Positions 1 through 12,040 of a DNA stretch of 64,000 bases are shown one piece after another. The translations under genes were made by a program, and so were the position numbers. This DNA is from Coniocarpon cinnabarinum (taxonomy: Eukaryota), in assembly GCA_051942205.1 (NCBI GenBank), contig JAVECO010000044.1, positions 1 to 64,000 on the forward strand, written 5' to 3'. The notes beneath the pieces were generated by a model that did not search any database, was not told the origin of the DNA, and worked only from the letters and a program-made list of their open reading frames with translations. Within the stretch, counting starts at the first letter, position 1, and each line of letters begins with the position of its first letter.

Positions 1-109
1 GGACGATGGAGATGGTGGAGCGGGGGAGGTATGAATAGCGGAGGGGGATCTGCTATGATGTTATGATGATATGAGAACAGCAGAACATGGCACTGCATTC
101 AAGCCATAA

Positions 110-480
110 TATGAGGAATCATGACGTTTCCTCAATGAAGATAGCATATTCGAGCTAATTCCAGACCTGATGATTACTGCAACTAAATGACTTTTTCCAA
201 GACTTTTTTGCAGCCTGAATATGCTCAAGAATTCGCCCGAATTTGTCTGGTAAATCGGTATTTCTCAAAGATTGTGGCAAGTTTGAGCTAATTACAATAG
301 TCATGATTGCTCTGATCAAATAACTTTTTCTGAAATTCTAAACAGCGTGACTATACTCATAAATCCGTCCAAAATAATATTGTCAACAGCTTTCTTGTAA
401 GAAAAGTGGCAAATATCAGCTAATTTTGGTAATCAAGATTACTCTAACAAAATGACATTTCTATTCAATATTCTTCAGCA
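110..480. repeat. Degenerate ~133-bp tandem repeat, about 3 units, AT-rich
   Basis: The core (G/C)AGCTAATT...GATT(A/G)CT...AAAT(G/A)AC(T/A)TTT recurs at 152, 285 and 417 (spacing 133, 132). The segments cagcctgaatatgctcaagaattcgcccgaa (~211) and cagcgtgactatactcataaatccgtccaaa (~343) also align. Boundaries are approximate. Confidence 0.75.
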
Positions 481-1263
481 CAAACACACGCGCTAATTCA
501 CCCGAAATCGATGCGGAAATACGTGAGTCGTCGTGAAGTAGCAGAATTAGAGCTCATTGCAATAGCAATACCCACTGTCACAAACCGACTTGCCAGTAAC
601 AAGCGCAGAGCGTACGTTTGCCGTAGATTTCGCCAAACATAAACTCGCGAATGGCAGAATGCCTCGAAGTTTGATATGTTGACGGATATGTCGAGGTCGA
701 AGATGCTGTTGTCATTTCCAAGATCCCGACGATGAGGAGACCTCAGAGCATTCTTCACAGGATAAAGCATTGGAAATGTCTTTCTTCGCAGCGAAGCTCC
801 AAATGGAGCTGTGAAGATTCGAAGATTGACATTGTGTTGGGGCTGTAGCTCCAGACTGAGACATGTGCCTTGAGAGAGAGGTCACGGATTTTCATAACAG
901 CGCCCGTGCCCATGACGATGCAAGGCAAAAGTAGCTCAAAACAGGTGATGAGCATGTATGAATGGTCTGCTCATGCAATTGATCGGGACTAAGCTACTGT
1001 GCATTACAAGTGGACAAAGACATCGACAGTGACAACGAGGGCATCAACCCGACCAGAGCGGGACGTCATTTCATCGCTAAACGCTATCATCTATGTCTAC
1101 ATTTTCCAAGGAGATTCATAAGTCGTATCTGTAGTTCTTTTGCATTCCACCTCTTCCATCGCGCACGTCGGGACGTTGACACGCGCTTTATTCAGCCCGA
1201 CGACAAGCACGCCCTGGGATATTCGGTCTCAATCCCAGCGCCAGACAAAAACGACGATGACAC

Positions 1264-2292
1264 CTACTCATCAGTCCAATGCCTCACCCTGACCTCATCC
1301 GCCGCACCCTCCTCACTCCCCCGTCGGCTGAAGAAACCCTTGACACCATCCCACCATTTCCTACTCTCGCATTTCTTGCCCGCAGGCCCATGCGGCAGGC
1401 TGCGCACGTCCCGGCGCTCCCGCCCTTTCTGCATCTGCGCCTGATAGAAACTGAAGTACGCGTCCGGCTCCTTGGTGTCGATCGGGCTTCGGCTGTCGTC
1501 AAAATACGTGCTTGTGTTTTCGTCGAGGGGATTAGGAGCACTGGTGGCGCGTTGGCGTTTGGCTGTGCCAGGTGAGAGATGGTTGGACGGCAGGTTAGGT
1601 GTGAGCTCGGGTGTGTCTGTGAAGAGACGGGATGGTAGAACGACGCCGCCTCGTTTATGTTGGGAATGAAGGAGCTGTGGGGAGGGCGTGCGGGGCGAGA
1701 AGCGAGTGGAGGCCAGCGATGGCGAGTCTTCTGTTAGACCCGGGGACAGGAAGGTGGATGAGATGGACGTGGCGTCAGTGTCAGCGGCCCAGGGTGGGAT
1801 TTCGGACTGCCGTGACGGTGGAGGGAGGTGAGTGGAGATATCAATAGGTCCAGCTTTGTAGTAAGAGATGACTCCCGAGGGGTAGGTGGGCGATTGTCCC
1901 GACGAGGTAGTTGTGGCTTTACTGTTACGCGAAAGCGTGTTGGCGCGTAGCAGAGATTGTGGATGTTGGCTGGTCATGGTGGCCTCACCGAGGCGGGAGT
2001 GACGAGGATTGTGGTAGTAAGAAGGTATTGACGGGGACTTTGGAGGGACTGTTGGAGGGTAGTCATCAGGGTCGTCGGTTTCGATGGTAGAGACGGAATC
2101 TGTTGATATCACCGAGACTCGCAGATCTGGCACGCTTCGACGGGCTGAGAGGTTCGGCTTGAGTGTACCCATGGTGGCCATAGTCGAGTCTGACCACCGC
2201 GAGCGTTGCTGATCAAACGGAGAGACTGTGGGCGGATCGACAGGTGAGGGAGCGGCCGAACTGTTGTCGAAAAAGGTGAAGACCGACGGCAT
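1264..2292 (-). CDS. Hypothetical Ser/Pro/Thr-rich protein (342 aa)
   Basis: Uninterrupted ATG-to-stop ORF and the longest ORF in the region. Low-complexity body with a compact C-terminus (KWWDGVKGFFSRR...VRVRHWTDE). No domain recognised. Confidence 0.75.
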   Translation of the reverse strand: MPSVFTFFDNSSAAPSPVDPPTVSPFDQQRSRWSDSTMATMGTLKPNLSARRSVPDLRVSVISTDSVSTIETDDPDDYPPTVPPKSPSIPSYYHNPRHSRLGEATMTSQHPQSLLRANTLSRNSKATTTSSGQSPTYPSGVISYYKAGPIDISTHLPPPSRQSEIPPWAADTDATSISSTFLSPGLTEDSPSLASTRFSPRTPSPQLLHSQHKRGGVVLPSRLFTDTPELTPNLPSNHLSPGTAKRQRATSAPNPLDENTSTYFDDSRSPIDTKEPDAYFSFYQAQMQKGRERRDVRSLPHGPAGKKCESRKWWDGVKGFFSRRGSEEGAADEVRVRHWTDE

Positions 2293-4029
2293 GGTGCGAG
2301 CTGAAAGAAAGTGGACCTAGACGAGGATTTATTGAATGCAGGAGAGATGCAGAGTTGCAGCGTATCTGTGGAGAGAGGAGGCGCAGGGGGAAAGGTACAA
2401 TGCTGGAGCAGGCAGACGCTGACCAAAAATCCAGGTATTAGCCGCCCAGCGGACTCGTGCAGAAAAGAGTCACGTAAAGGAAAGTCGTGAATCGCGTTCG
2501 TGATGGGGAGGGTCGGCCTCCTGCAACTTGACAGGTGGGGAAGCTGGAGCTTTTTGTACCACAATGATGGATTGGCCTCACGCGCTTGTGAGAAGGATTG
2601 TTTATACGCTACACAGAAAAGAAAGCAAAAGAAAGAAGAGCGAAGGAATCGAGGTGAGGCAGACGGAAGAGGCACAGCTGCCCGTCCGAGTCAGCTTTTT
2701 TGGCCCCAACCGCGTGCGCGTGCCCATCGGTCCACGAACCATTCCGTTTGCCAGCGCGGGTGAGGGCTGCCTGCTGCCGCGCTTAGATGGCGTCGCTCGG
2801 TCTGGCACATGGGCGTGAAACGACTCAGTCTGAGGAGAAACGAATGGGTCTCGTTCATCCACGAGCATCCGGCCTAGGGAAGTCGCTGTTCTGCCACGCA
2901 TGCAGGCCACGGCGCTTAGGGAGCATGGCGTGGGGTCCTGGGAGGAGGGCGCGTAGGTTGCCGCACCATGGGAAGATTCTGCATAGCCTCAGTCAGAATT
3001 TTGCTGTCATCTGACCAGGCATCGACGACTGTTCAGCAACATTGGCGTCCGCATGTGGGATCATGACGATGCCTCTGGAGTTGCCATTCGGAGCGGGTTT
3101 TGGCTCAACACGGCCGAGAGGCGATTCTCAGCAGCCAGGGCTGCCAGGAATGGGTGTCGGGGCAAGGACGCGTTTCCCATAATAATCGCTGCCTAACCGA
3201 GAAGGCGGCTAGAAAGCAGCGTCACGGCGAAATCCATCTGCACAGTTTTGGCACCATGAAGGTCCGTGGCGGCCACATGGGTGGAGGGGCTCTCTGAAAC
3301 AGACTTGATCCAGAGTTAAGACTCCCTGGTGATCCGTGTGCTGGCCAAGAGGGCGCGAAAGGCGCAGAGATACCGAAGGCGGTCAGTAGCCATGTCTGCT
3401 GTGGTGGCGGCGGACGTGACTGGCGTCTCACTGCTTGACATGTCCAGGCGAGGACCTGTTCGCCTGCAACGCGTGCAGGAACGTACTGACAAGATGCAAG
3501 AGGACACTGCAGCACGGAATGGTCAAGTAAATCAGAGAGGCAAACGACCTGGCGGGCAAGATTAATCCCACGTGACAGGTTGGGGTCGTCAGAAAAGAAC
3601 GTAGCACTGCCAATTACTCATCTGAGCCATTCCAAGTCGGCTTGAGGAATGACCCAAAGTGTGTCGCTCTGCACGCCGGTTGTCGTGCGGGAAATGCTCA
3701 GTGGCCTGGTTGCGCTACGAGCCTGAGCCCAGACGCCTTCGCGCTCGTCACGTGCGCGGGCTCTTTTCGAAAATCATGTCCGCAGATCCAGGCAGGTAGG
3801 ACACCGATTGTCGTATATCACTACATTAGGGCAAAGCTGGCTGCCTTCGAGCTATCGAATCGTCCCCGAGGACCTGACCTTTCACAAGGTGCACGACAAG
3901 TGAACAAGCTCTCGTCTGCAGCTCCAAGCATGCCCATGAATGCTTGTCGTGCATGCTCCGAGGACTGACGATGATTGTTCAACGCACTCTTTCACGACAA
4001 CATCTTGTGCTGATTGAGCCACGTCGGAG

Positions 4030-6387
4030 ATGAATGTTTCCAGACCCGTTTTCCAACAAGCATGGCATAGTAGCGGGAAAGGTGCTCTCTATTCCGCAAG
4101 GCATCCTCAAAGCATCACATCAATCTATGGCTATCCCGTACATGGCACTAGGCTGCATAGCAGACCTTCCAAACTCACTTCGTCAACCGTCTTCCCGCCT
4201 ACGTTCCGCCGTCTTCATTCCCCGCGTAAAATTATAGGCAGCAATTTTAGACATCAAGAGCTAGCAAAGCGCAACTTCTTCACCTCGAGGATTTTACAGC
4301 AAGAATCAGCCTCAGTCTCGCGTCGAGAAGCGACAAAAGAACCAGCCGAGCAAGAGCAAGACGACGATGAGGGAGAGTTTGGGAAATCTGAACGAGCTTC
4401 ACAAGCCGCACAGCTCAACCTCAGCGCGCGCTTGAGTAAGGACGGCTCTGGAGGCAAGCAGCAAGGCTGGCGCGAGATATGGAGATTGATCAAGGTTGCA
4501 AGACCAGAAGCGAAGACGCTCGCGATCGCCGTGACCCTCCTCGCAATCTCGTCCTCTGTCTCTATGTCCATTCCGTTCTCATTGGGCAAAATTATGGACA
4601 TTGCGACCAACCATGAGAATCAGCGCGACATGCTCTTTGGCTTCGATCTAACAACGTTCTACATCGCATTGGGTTGTGTCCTCACTATGGGCGCCGCTGC
4701 TAATTACGGTCGGGTCTTACTCTTGCGAATCGTCGGGGAACGCATTGTTACACGACTACGCTCGCGACTCTTCCGCAACACCTATATTCAGAACGCAGAA
4801 TTCTTTGACGCCAACCGCGTTGGCGATCTCATCTCCCGCCTGTCGTCAGATACAATCATTGTTGCCAAATCAATCACACAGAATTTATCAGATGGTCTGC
4901 GGTCACTAATCAGCGGTACGGCTGGATTTGGCCTGATGGCGTATGTGTCCCTAAAGCTCACGGGCGTGCTTGCAATTATGTTCCCGCCTGTGGCAATCGG
5001 TGCATTTTTCTACGGGCGCGTAATCCGCGACTTATCCCGACGCATCCAAAAGAACCTTGGAACGTTAACCAAAATCGCTGAGGAGCGTCTGGGCAATGTG
5101 AGGACCTCGCAGTCTTTTGCGGGAGAAATGCAAGAGGTGCATCGCTACAACACCCAAGTGCGCAAAATATTCGACCTCGGCAAACGAGAAGCTTTCATAT
5201 CTGCAACATTCTTCTCAATGTCTGGTTGGGCGGGGAACATGGTCATCATCGCATTGCTATGGGTAGGAGGTGGCATGGTGAAAACGGGCTCGATTTCCGT
5301 CGGAGAACTCACATCATTTCTTATGTACACCGCATACGCTGGATCGTCCATGTTCGGGCTATCAGGTTTCTACTCGGAACTGATGAAAGGCGTTGGCGCG
5401 GCATCACGACTATTCGAATTGCAAGACCGTCAACCCACGATTTCACCCACTGTTGGCAAGCCGGTCACTTCACTTAGGGGCGCAATCGATTTCGATCACG
5501 TCGCATTCTCATATCCGACGAGACCCGCTGTGGACATCTTCAGAGACCTGAGCTTCCGCATCGAAGAGGGCACCAACGTAGCCATTGTGGCTCCATCTGG
5601 CGCAGGAAAGTCGACGGTTGCATCCCTGTTGCTGCGCTTCTACTCACCAACGGCTGGTTCGATAAGAGTTGCCGGTCAAGACATCTCGCAGATGAACGCG
5701 AAGCAGCTACGACGACGCATTGGCTACGTCGGTCAAGAGCCTGTGCTCTTCAGTGGGACAATCGCTCAGAACATTGCGTATGGACGCCCTAGAGCATCCA
5801 GACACGAAATCCTGAGCGCAGCACGACGCGCCAATTGCACGTTTATTTCCGACTTTCCAGACGGTATCGAAACCCACGTTGGAGCTCGCGGTACACAGCT
5901 GTCTGGTGGACAGAAGCAAAGAATCGCCATTGCTCGTGCTCTACTTAAGAATCCAGACATACTGATCCTCGACGAGGCGACGAGCGCTCTCGATGCCGAG
6001 AGCGAGACGTTGGTGAACGCCGCGCTGGGACCACTGATGCGTGGCACGAACACCACCATCAGTATCGCGCATCGCCTGAGCACCATCAAGCGAAGCGAGG
6101 TCATCATTTGCATTGGCGCTGACGGACGTATTGCCGAGATTGGAAGCTACGAGCAACTTAGCTCCAATCCTGAAGGGCCCTTTAGCCGCCTGATGGAATG
6201 GCAACAGAGTGGAGGCAGTGACGCTAACCCGGAGCAAGCGCGGCTGGCGAGAAGACACGAAGAGGCGCTGGATGAGATTGAGGGCAAAGAGGCACAGGAG
6301 GAACACGATCATGAGGATGAGGAAGAGCATGAAGCCCACGTGGTGGGAGAGAAGGAAGTCGGGCGCGGATCTGGGCGACCGCTGTAG
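4030..6387 (+). CDS. MDL1: Mitochondrial ABCB half-transporter (Mdl1/Mdl2-like)
   Basis: 785 aa intronless ORF. Arg/Ser-rich presequence-like N-terminus, then a transmembrane domain (FFDANRVGDLISRLSSD), Walker A (APSGAGKST), Q-loop (VGQEPVLF), signature LSGGQKQR, Walker B (ILILDEATSALD) and H-loop (IAHRLST). Confidence 0.93.
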   Translation: MNVSRPVFQQAWHSSGKGALYSARHPQSITSIYGYPVHGTRLHSRPSKLTSSTVFPPTFRRLHSPRKIIGSNFRHQELAKRNFFTSRILQQESASVSRREATKEPAEQEQDDDEGEFGKSERASQAAQLNLSARLSKDGSGGKQQGWREIWRLIKVARPEAKTLAIAVTLLAISSSVSMSIPFSLGKIMDIATNHENQRDMLFGFDLTTFYIALGCVLTMGAAANYGRVLLLRIVGERIVTRLRSRLFRNTYIQNAEFFDANRVGDLISRLSSDTIIVAKSITQNLSDGLRSLISGTAGFGLMAYVSLKLTGVLAIMFPPVAIGAFFYGRVIRDLSRRIQKNLGTLTKIAEERLGNVRTSQSFAGEMQEVHRYNTQVRKIFDLGKREAFISATFFSMSGWAGNMVIIALLWVGGGMVKTGSISVGELTSFLMYTAYAGSSMFGLSGFYSELMKGVGAASRLFELQDRQPTISPTVGKPVTSLRGAIDFDHVAFSYPTRPAVDIFRDLSFRIEEGTNVAIVAPSGAGKSTVASLLLRFYSPTAGSIRVAGQDISQMNAKQLRRRIGYVGQEPVLFSGTIAQNIAYGRPRASRHEILSAARRANCTFISDFPDGIETHVGARGTQLSGGQKQRIAIARALLKNPDILILDEATSALDAESETLVNAALGPLMRGTNTTISIAHRLSTIKRSEVIICIGADGRIAEIGSYEQLSSNPEGPFSRLMEWQQSGGSDANPEQARLARRHEEALDEIEGKEAQEEHDHEDEEEHEAHVVGEKEVGRGSGRPL

Positions 6388-7272
6388 CACTATCTTGTCA
6401 CATCAGCGTACGCGCTGGCGGCCTCTGTATAGATAATCGCATCTCTTTGCTGTGGGGTGCGCTGGCAATCAGCGGATGCGCCACCCATTCTGCGACACGT
6501 CGATACTGCTACTTGAAGATTGTGAGACGACAGGCTCCGGTTTAGGTGTGGCGAATAGTGCACCGTTAAGAGCCACGGCAGGGCAATATTTATCCGAAGC
6601 GGGAATGCTGACTCGCGCGTAGAATATCCGACCACGCACGCCAGCAACACCGCAAGCCACGGACCTTTCCATCTCTGCTCCGTTGGTCAACCTGTTGATG
6701 CTGCATATTGCATCCAGGCTGCAATGCCGTTTCTACCACGCACCACGGGCTGTGAGAGCGTCGCAGGAGGAAATGAAGCGACGGGAAAGGCAGGTCCCGA
6801 CGCAAAAAGCAGGATGAGTTGGCTGGCGATCGACGATCTGGGGACGCTGTCCTTTGGCCCAGAAGAGCTCCGTCGCCTCTCTTCCTGCAGCCAGTCGAGC
6901 CCAGTCGAGCCAGCCTGTGTTGATCTCCGGCCCAGTGTGAGTTTGATCTCGCCGGGACATGAACAATGACGCTGGTGCTGCTCCGCCTGTCAGCCAGTTC
7001 CCTCACCTCGTCCTGAGTCTTGCTCCTTTTGGGCTCCCGTTCTGGTTCCTGGCAGCTTCACTCCTCGGGTCCCACCCTCTCCGTCTTCACCATCACCATC
7101 ACCGCCACGCCTCTCCAACGTGTCCCTTGCAAGCAACAAGTTACTCTGGGCTGCAAGAATGACGGGCTTGCGCTGAGTCTGGTTCTGATGTTCAAATAGT
7201 CGCGCTCTGTATAGACTTTTTTTTCCCACTTGCATCAGCAGTCGAGCTCGTTACGCAACGGCTCTTGCAACC

Positions 7273-9225
7273 ATGGGCAGTCACGACACCCGCCTCTTCC
7301 TCAACGCCTTCTTCGGCTTCATGTTTGCCATCTTGTTCGTCCTCTTTGGCTATCTTGACAGTCCCAATCCTCCCACTTTGGCGGATGCAGGACCCATCGG
7401 TACCTCCATTGTCAACCGTCAAGCAAATTCTGACACGTGTACGCGCTGGGCGCAACAATCTGCAATCATCAATGGCACCCTCTATCTCTACGGCGGCGAA
7501 GCGTCCACCTCACCGGGGCAGCAACAGAACACGTGGAATAATGATTTCCTTTCACTGGACCTGACCAAAACATGGGACATCGCCTCACCCCCCTTATCCT
7601 CCATGCCCCAACCATCAGGGCCACCAGCAGTCGCGTTGGGCACCCTGTGGTCTTCTCTTGAATCTCTCTTCCTCTATGGAGGTGAGTTCAGCTCACGACC
7701 GACAGTCTTGCCGGCTCCTTTCGCGCTGTGGGAGTACAACGTTCCCGCATCCACTTGGACCTCTCAACCTGCGCCAACAGCCACCGACGGGTCACCGGTG
7801 CAGCGCGCCGCGGAAGGGGCTGGGGTGTCTGCTGCTGGAATTGGACGTGGGTGGTACTTTGGTGGTCATCAGGACGCGCTTACCACAGCAGGATGGTCCC
7901 AGGAAATTGGGCGCATTTACCTCAAGTCTCTTCTTGAATTTACTTTCCCGAGCTCTCCTGAGCCGGATAATCCAGGGACACCAGCTCCGTCGTCAGGCGT
8001 GTTTCGCAACATTACTGCAGGCGGTGCCGAGTCGAACGCTGGTTTTCCAGAGCGTGCGGACGGCGTTCTCGTTTACGTTCCCAACATTGGCTCTGAGGGT
8101 ATTCTTGTCGGTCTTGCGGGCGGCACAGCTACGACGTTTACCCAGCTGAACATCGTCGATGTGTTTGACGTCTCCTCGTCCATGTGGTACAAACAGTCAA
8201 CATCTGGCCCGACGCCCCCGATACGCGTGAATCCTTGCGCGGTTGCTGCGGTTGCACCCGACGGGTCTTCCATCAATATATACATGTACGGCGGACAAAA
8301 CCTTCAGCCAACGGGTTCGCAAACTCCGAGGGACGACCTCTGGATTCTCACGTTGCCATCATTCACCTGGATTCCGGTGAACACAGATGGGCAATCGACA
8401 CCGATGGCAAGAGCTGGTCATACTTGCAGCATTTGGGACGGTCAGATGGTCGTGGTTGGCGGGTACGTAGGTGCTGATGTCTCGTGCGACTCTCCAGGTG
8501 TCTACGTCTTCAACACAACAAGCCTGAGCTGGGTTCAAAGCTTCACGCCGTTATCGGATCACGACACGAACCCTCAAAGCAAGCAGCAGGCGCAGATCAA
8601 TGACCCAAATGCGTTACCTGGCTCATATGGCTTTGGTGTACCGCCGCCTGTTCAGGACAAGTGTGGCGGTGACAGCGAAGGTGGCGCGACAGTCACGGTA
8701 CCCATTGCGCAGGCGACTGCGCCTCCTCTGAGTGCGCCACCGAAGACTTACACCGTGTCAGCAACCGCCACTGCGACGGCAGCTGCAAAGGATGGCGGGA
8801 TGAGCACCGGCGCCGATGTCGCTATCGCCGTCGGCATCGTTGGACTTTTCTTGCTAGCTCTGGCAGGATACATGGGTTACTGTGCGTGGCTCTACCGAAA
8901 ACGAATGCGGTTATATCAATGGAACATGGAAACTGCAAGAACAGCATTGACGGCAGAACGAGCGAGCGTGGACAATACTGGGAGCTACGGCAAAGGTGGA
9001 ACGGACTACTTTGGCAGTGGCACTGGGAGCAGCCCCTACTCAGAAGATCTTTCTGGCAGCAGTGGACAAAACAGCACAAGAGTCGCCGAAGTCGACGGTG
9101 CAGCTCTGGAAGGCGAAAAGCTGGGTGTTCCCAAGAGGAGTAGCGAAGATCTCCTCAGAAACGCAGAGCCAACATTTGTGGGGATCATGTTACATCCAAG
9201 AAGGAGTCTGAGAGTCGTCAACTAA
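7273..9225 (+). CDS. Kelch/beta-propeller single-pass membrane protein
   Basis: 650 aa ORF. Hydrophobic N-terminus, repeated kelch-type LYLYGG/LFLYGG/WYFGG/YMYGG/VVVGG motifs each followed by a Trp, a transmembrane helix (VAIAVGIVGLFLLALAGYMGYCAWLY) and a C-terminal PRRSLRVVN tail. Confidence 0.85.
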   Translation: MGSHDTRLFLNAFFGFMFAILFVLFGYLDSPNPPTLADAGPIGTSIVNRQANSDTCTRWAQQSAIINGTLYLYGGEASTSPGQQQNTWNNDFLSLDLTKTWDIASPPLSSMPQPSGPPAVALGTLWSSLESLFLYGGEFSSRPTVLPAPFALWEYNVPASTWTSQPAPTATDGSPVQRAAEGAGVSAAGIGRGWYFGGHQDALTTAGWSQEIGRIYLKSLLEFTFPSSPEPDNPGTPAPSSGVFRNITAGGAESNAGFPERADGVLVYVPNIGSEGILVGLAGGTATTFTQLNIVDVFDVSSSMWYKQSTSGPTPPIRVNPCAVAAVAPDGSSINIYMYGGQNLQPTGSQTPRDDLWILTLPSFTWIPVNTDGQSTPMARAGHTCSIWDGQMVVVGGYVGADVSCDSPGVYVFNTTSLSWVQSFTPLSDHDTNPQSKQQAQINDPNALPGSYGFGVPPPVQDKCGGDSEGGATVTVPIAQATAPPLSAPPKTYTVSATATATAAAKDGGMSTGADVAIAVGIVGLFLLALAGYMGYCAWLYRKRMRLYQWNMETARTALTAERASVDNTGSYGKGGTDYFGSGTGSSPYSEDLSGSSGQNSTRVAEVDGAALEGEKLGVPKRSSEDLLRNAEPTFVGIMLHPRRSLRVVN

Positions 9226-9631
9226 TCACCAACATTGGAAAATATACCCATCGCCCTGAATTGCACGACGTGACGTTTCCATAGCTTTCCGCATCACTAA
9301 ATGTACATACATCTCGGTCCAACGGGTTGCAAACGCTGTCTCCACAACTTTTACAGGACTCTCCTAAGCCATTGCTGAACCGCTACTGTTAATCGTGTAG
9401 GCCTTTCATGCATTCGGTAATAACGGAACCCCAGACATGGATGACTGTTGCAGTTGAAAACGTCACTGGAGATCGTGAGCCAGGTTCCCCACAATGCGGA
9501 GACTCCACAAGTCTATGAACCGGTGGAGACACGGGCGCATCATCGTATTGAAGTACTATGGCCGTTCGCTATGGATCCTGCAGGATCTATGCTTGATCGC
9601 AATACAGCCTCTGACTTGACTCACAGGCACG

Positions 9632-11101
9632 ATGCAGCTCTCCGCCCTGCTTGCCCTGGCCTCTCTTGCCGCATGCGATACGACGACTGTCAATCTTGGA
9701 TCATGCGCTGGCACGCCACAGCTATTCGGTCAGGGCGTACTCTATGGGATGTCTGCGAACAACCCGCCGCAGTCGTATATCTCGGATCTCAAGATCAACT
9801 ACGAGTCTGCCGGTGGCGCACAAACCAATGCTCAGCCAGCTGGATATGCATCCAGCTTGACCAGCTATCAGCAACGTTTCCAAGCAACCGTGGCTGCATT
9901 CCGTCGCATCCGCCAGAACAATGGCATCATGATTGTGAAGATGGCCGATCTGTGGGGCGCAGACTTCACGCAGTCGTCCAGCCTGCCATACCCGGGTGAC
10001 AACGGTGACTGGTCCAGGTACGATGCTTTTGTTCAGCAGGTCATCAATGACCTGCGAGCGAATGGGATGGCCTCGGCTTCGTACATCGTCCAGGTTGAAC
10101 CCTGGAACGAGCCTGACATCAACTTTGGCAATCGACCACAGAGCCAGTTCAATGCCATGTTTGTGAGAGGTACGCGGGCTCTGCGCGCTGCCTTCCCGTC
10201 TGGCGGCAGCAGCTTCTTGCCAATCGTAGGGCCCAGCACCGCCGGTCGCCCTCAGCAAGGTAATGGCTGGTGGAATTCTTTCCTCTCATACCTTCAGGGC
10301 AATGGTGGACAGAGCGTGCAGCCTGATGTATGGAATTGGCATTTGGAAGCTGCGGCTCCAGATAACAATGATCCCATACCGCCAGCTCAGGTGAGTCCCA
10401 AAACTTACGTGTAATAATGGGAATGTTGAAGCTGAGTCTGTCGACAGTATCTGCCTGGTCTGGTGCGAGGTTACGGACTGACGACGGGTATCGGTCTCCA
10501 AAACAACGAATATGGAGCACGTCCACAGCAAGTACCCAGCTATTCCAATTGGTTCAAGGCGCGCTATGAGCGGTTGAAATTCAACGGGTCAGTGTTCTGT
10601 AGTGTTCTGTCAACCGTCCAAACCCAGAAGTAACAACGCTAACAACGTCTCAACAGTCTACGCGGCAACTGGGCCGGCGGCAGCGCACTGAATGACCTCC
10701 TTGCGCAGCTCCTTATCAAGAGTGGCTCAACTTATAGCACGACCGGCGAATATCAAGCGTACAAGTACTACGCCGACATGACAGGCTCGCCATGCACGAC
10801 CACGGCGGGGAGCAAAGTCGACTCGTACGCCACTGCATCCAACAATGACGCCACAGCGCTGGTGGGCAGCCAATTCTACACTGGCAGCGTCAGCGTCGCC
10901 TTCCAGAGCGTGTCAAGCCGCTTCGGATCAGCAACGTCGTTGAGGGCACAGGTGTACAATATTCCCTACAACAATGGCGGCGCTGTTAGTGGGCCGACGC
11001 TCTTCACGACTCAAACCGTGTCGGTGTCGGGCAATACCGCGACCGTCACGTGGAATGCGGCAAATGGGAATGATGGATGGGCGGTGCGCTTGACGACGTG
11101 A
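9632..11101 (+). CDS. Secreted clan GH-A glycoside hydrolase, GH39-like; exons 9632-10390, 10448-10587, 10657-11101
   Basis: Signal peptide MQLSALLALASLAAC, acid/base motif WNEPD, nucleophile-like NNEY in exon 2 and GLRGNW across the exon 2/3 junction. Introns GTGAGT..CAG (10391-10447) and GTCAGT..GCTAAC..CAG (10588-10656) join the frames. Confidence 0.85.
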
Positions 11102-12040
11102 ACACCTGAAGGACTGAGACTGAGCTTTGGCACTCGAGGCTTCTAGTTTGATCTCGTGAAACTGCAATGCTAGTGTGCTGTCACAATTCAGTATTGGAAT
11201 CATGTCATGCCTCACCTCCCCCCTTGATCCATGCGCATCCTGCAGACACAACCACCCTCATCCGCTTCCTCCAGACCCTACGAGCCAAAACCGGCATCAA
11301 TCCCGAACTTGCCGAGCCTGCGAATCCTTAAACCTCGCCTTGTGTCGATCTTGTGACAAAGGTACCAGGAACAAACGTAGCCCCATGTACCTGACTTCTG
11401 ACGGTACCTGGCCATCCATGACACAAGGGCCTTGAACGGCAGTACTTGCCCTCAACTTAATACAACGTTTCACGTAGTGAAGCGAGCTCTCGCATACCCA
11501 CACCTTTGTGGCTGAAAGACCTTTTGTCATAACGGTTCGCTTATCAGGCTCAGATCTAGGAACGACTTTTTGTCCCCCGAATCCTCTTGGTCACGCTACG
11601 CCGTTGATGCTGTTCGTCAACATGACGTGCCCCTCACCAACACCCCTCATGGCTTATTTCGAACTCGCAAGGCTTCCCGCCCCCTTTCAAACGTCGTGGG
11701 ATTGACACGGTACCTTGCGGTTCGGAACCCTGTCGTTCCCGGCGGCAGAGACGGTACGGGAGCCTTGTCGATCGTTTCAAGAGTACCTCTTGCTACTTCT
11801 AAACAAGTCCTTGCTCCTTGAAAATAAGTCCATGCCGCTGGAATATTTGCGGACGGACAATCTTTTCGGTTCTCGCCTTTCGTTCTGGAATTAATAATCT
11901 GGAGCTTAGGATCTGCTTTGGTCCTCGTTGCTTGAATTTGTGGACCTTGCTTCGAAGTACACTCTTGCTTAGGTCGCTGCCTACTTTGAGATAAGCTAGG
12001 TGCGGTGCGTTAAGCCGTTTGCAAGTACACTCTGCACAAT

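Noticed and set aside
1..38. Possible 3' end of an upstream gene (…TMEMVERGRYE*)
   Set aside because: G-rich like other gene ends here, but too short to support a call.
11250..12040. Short recurring strings (ACGGTAC, GCTTAGG, AAGTACACTCT) upstream of the SDR gene
   Set aside because: Irregular spacing and too short to establish a repeat or element by eye.
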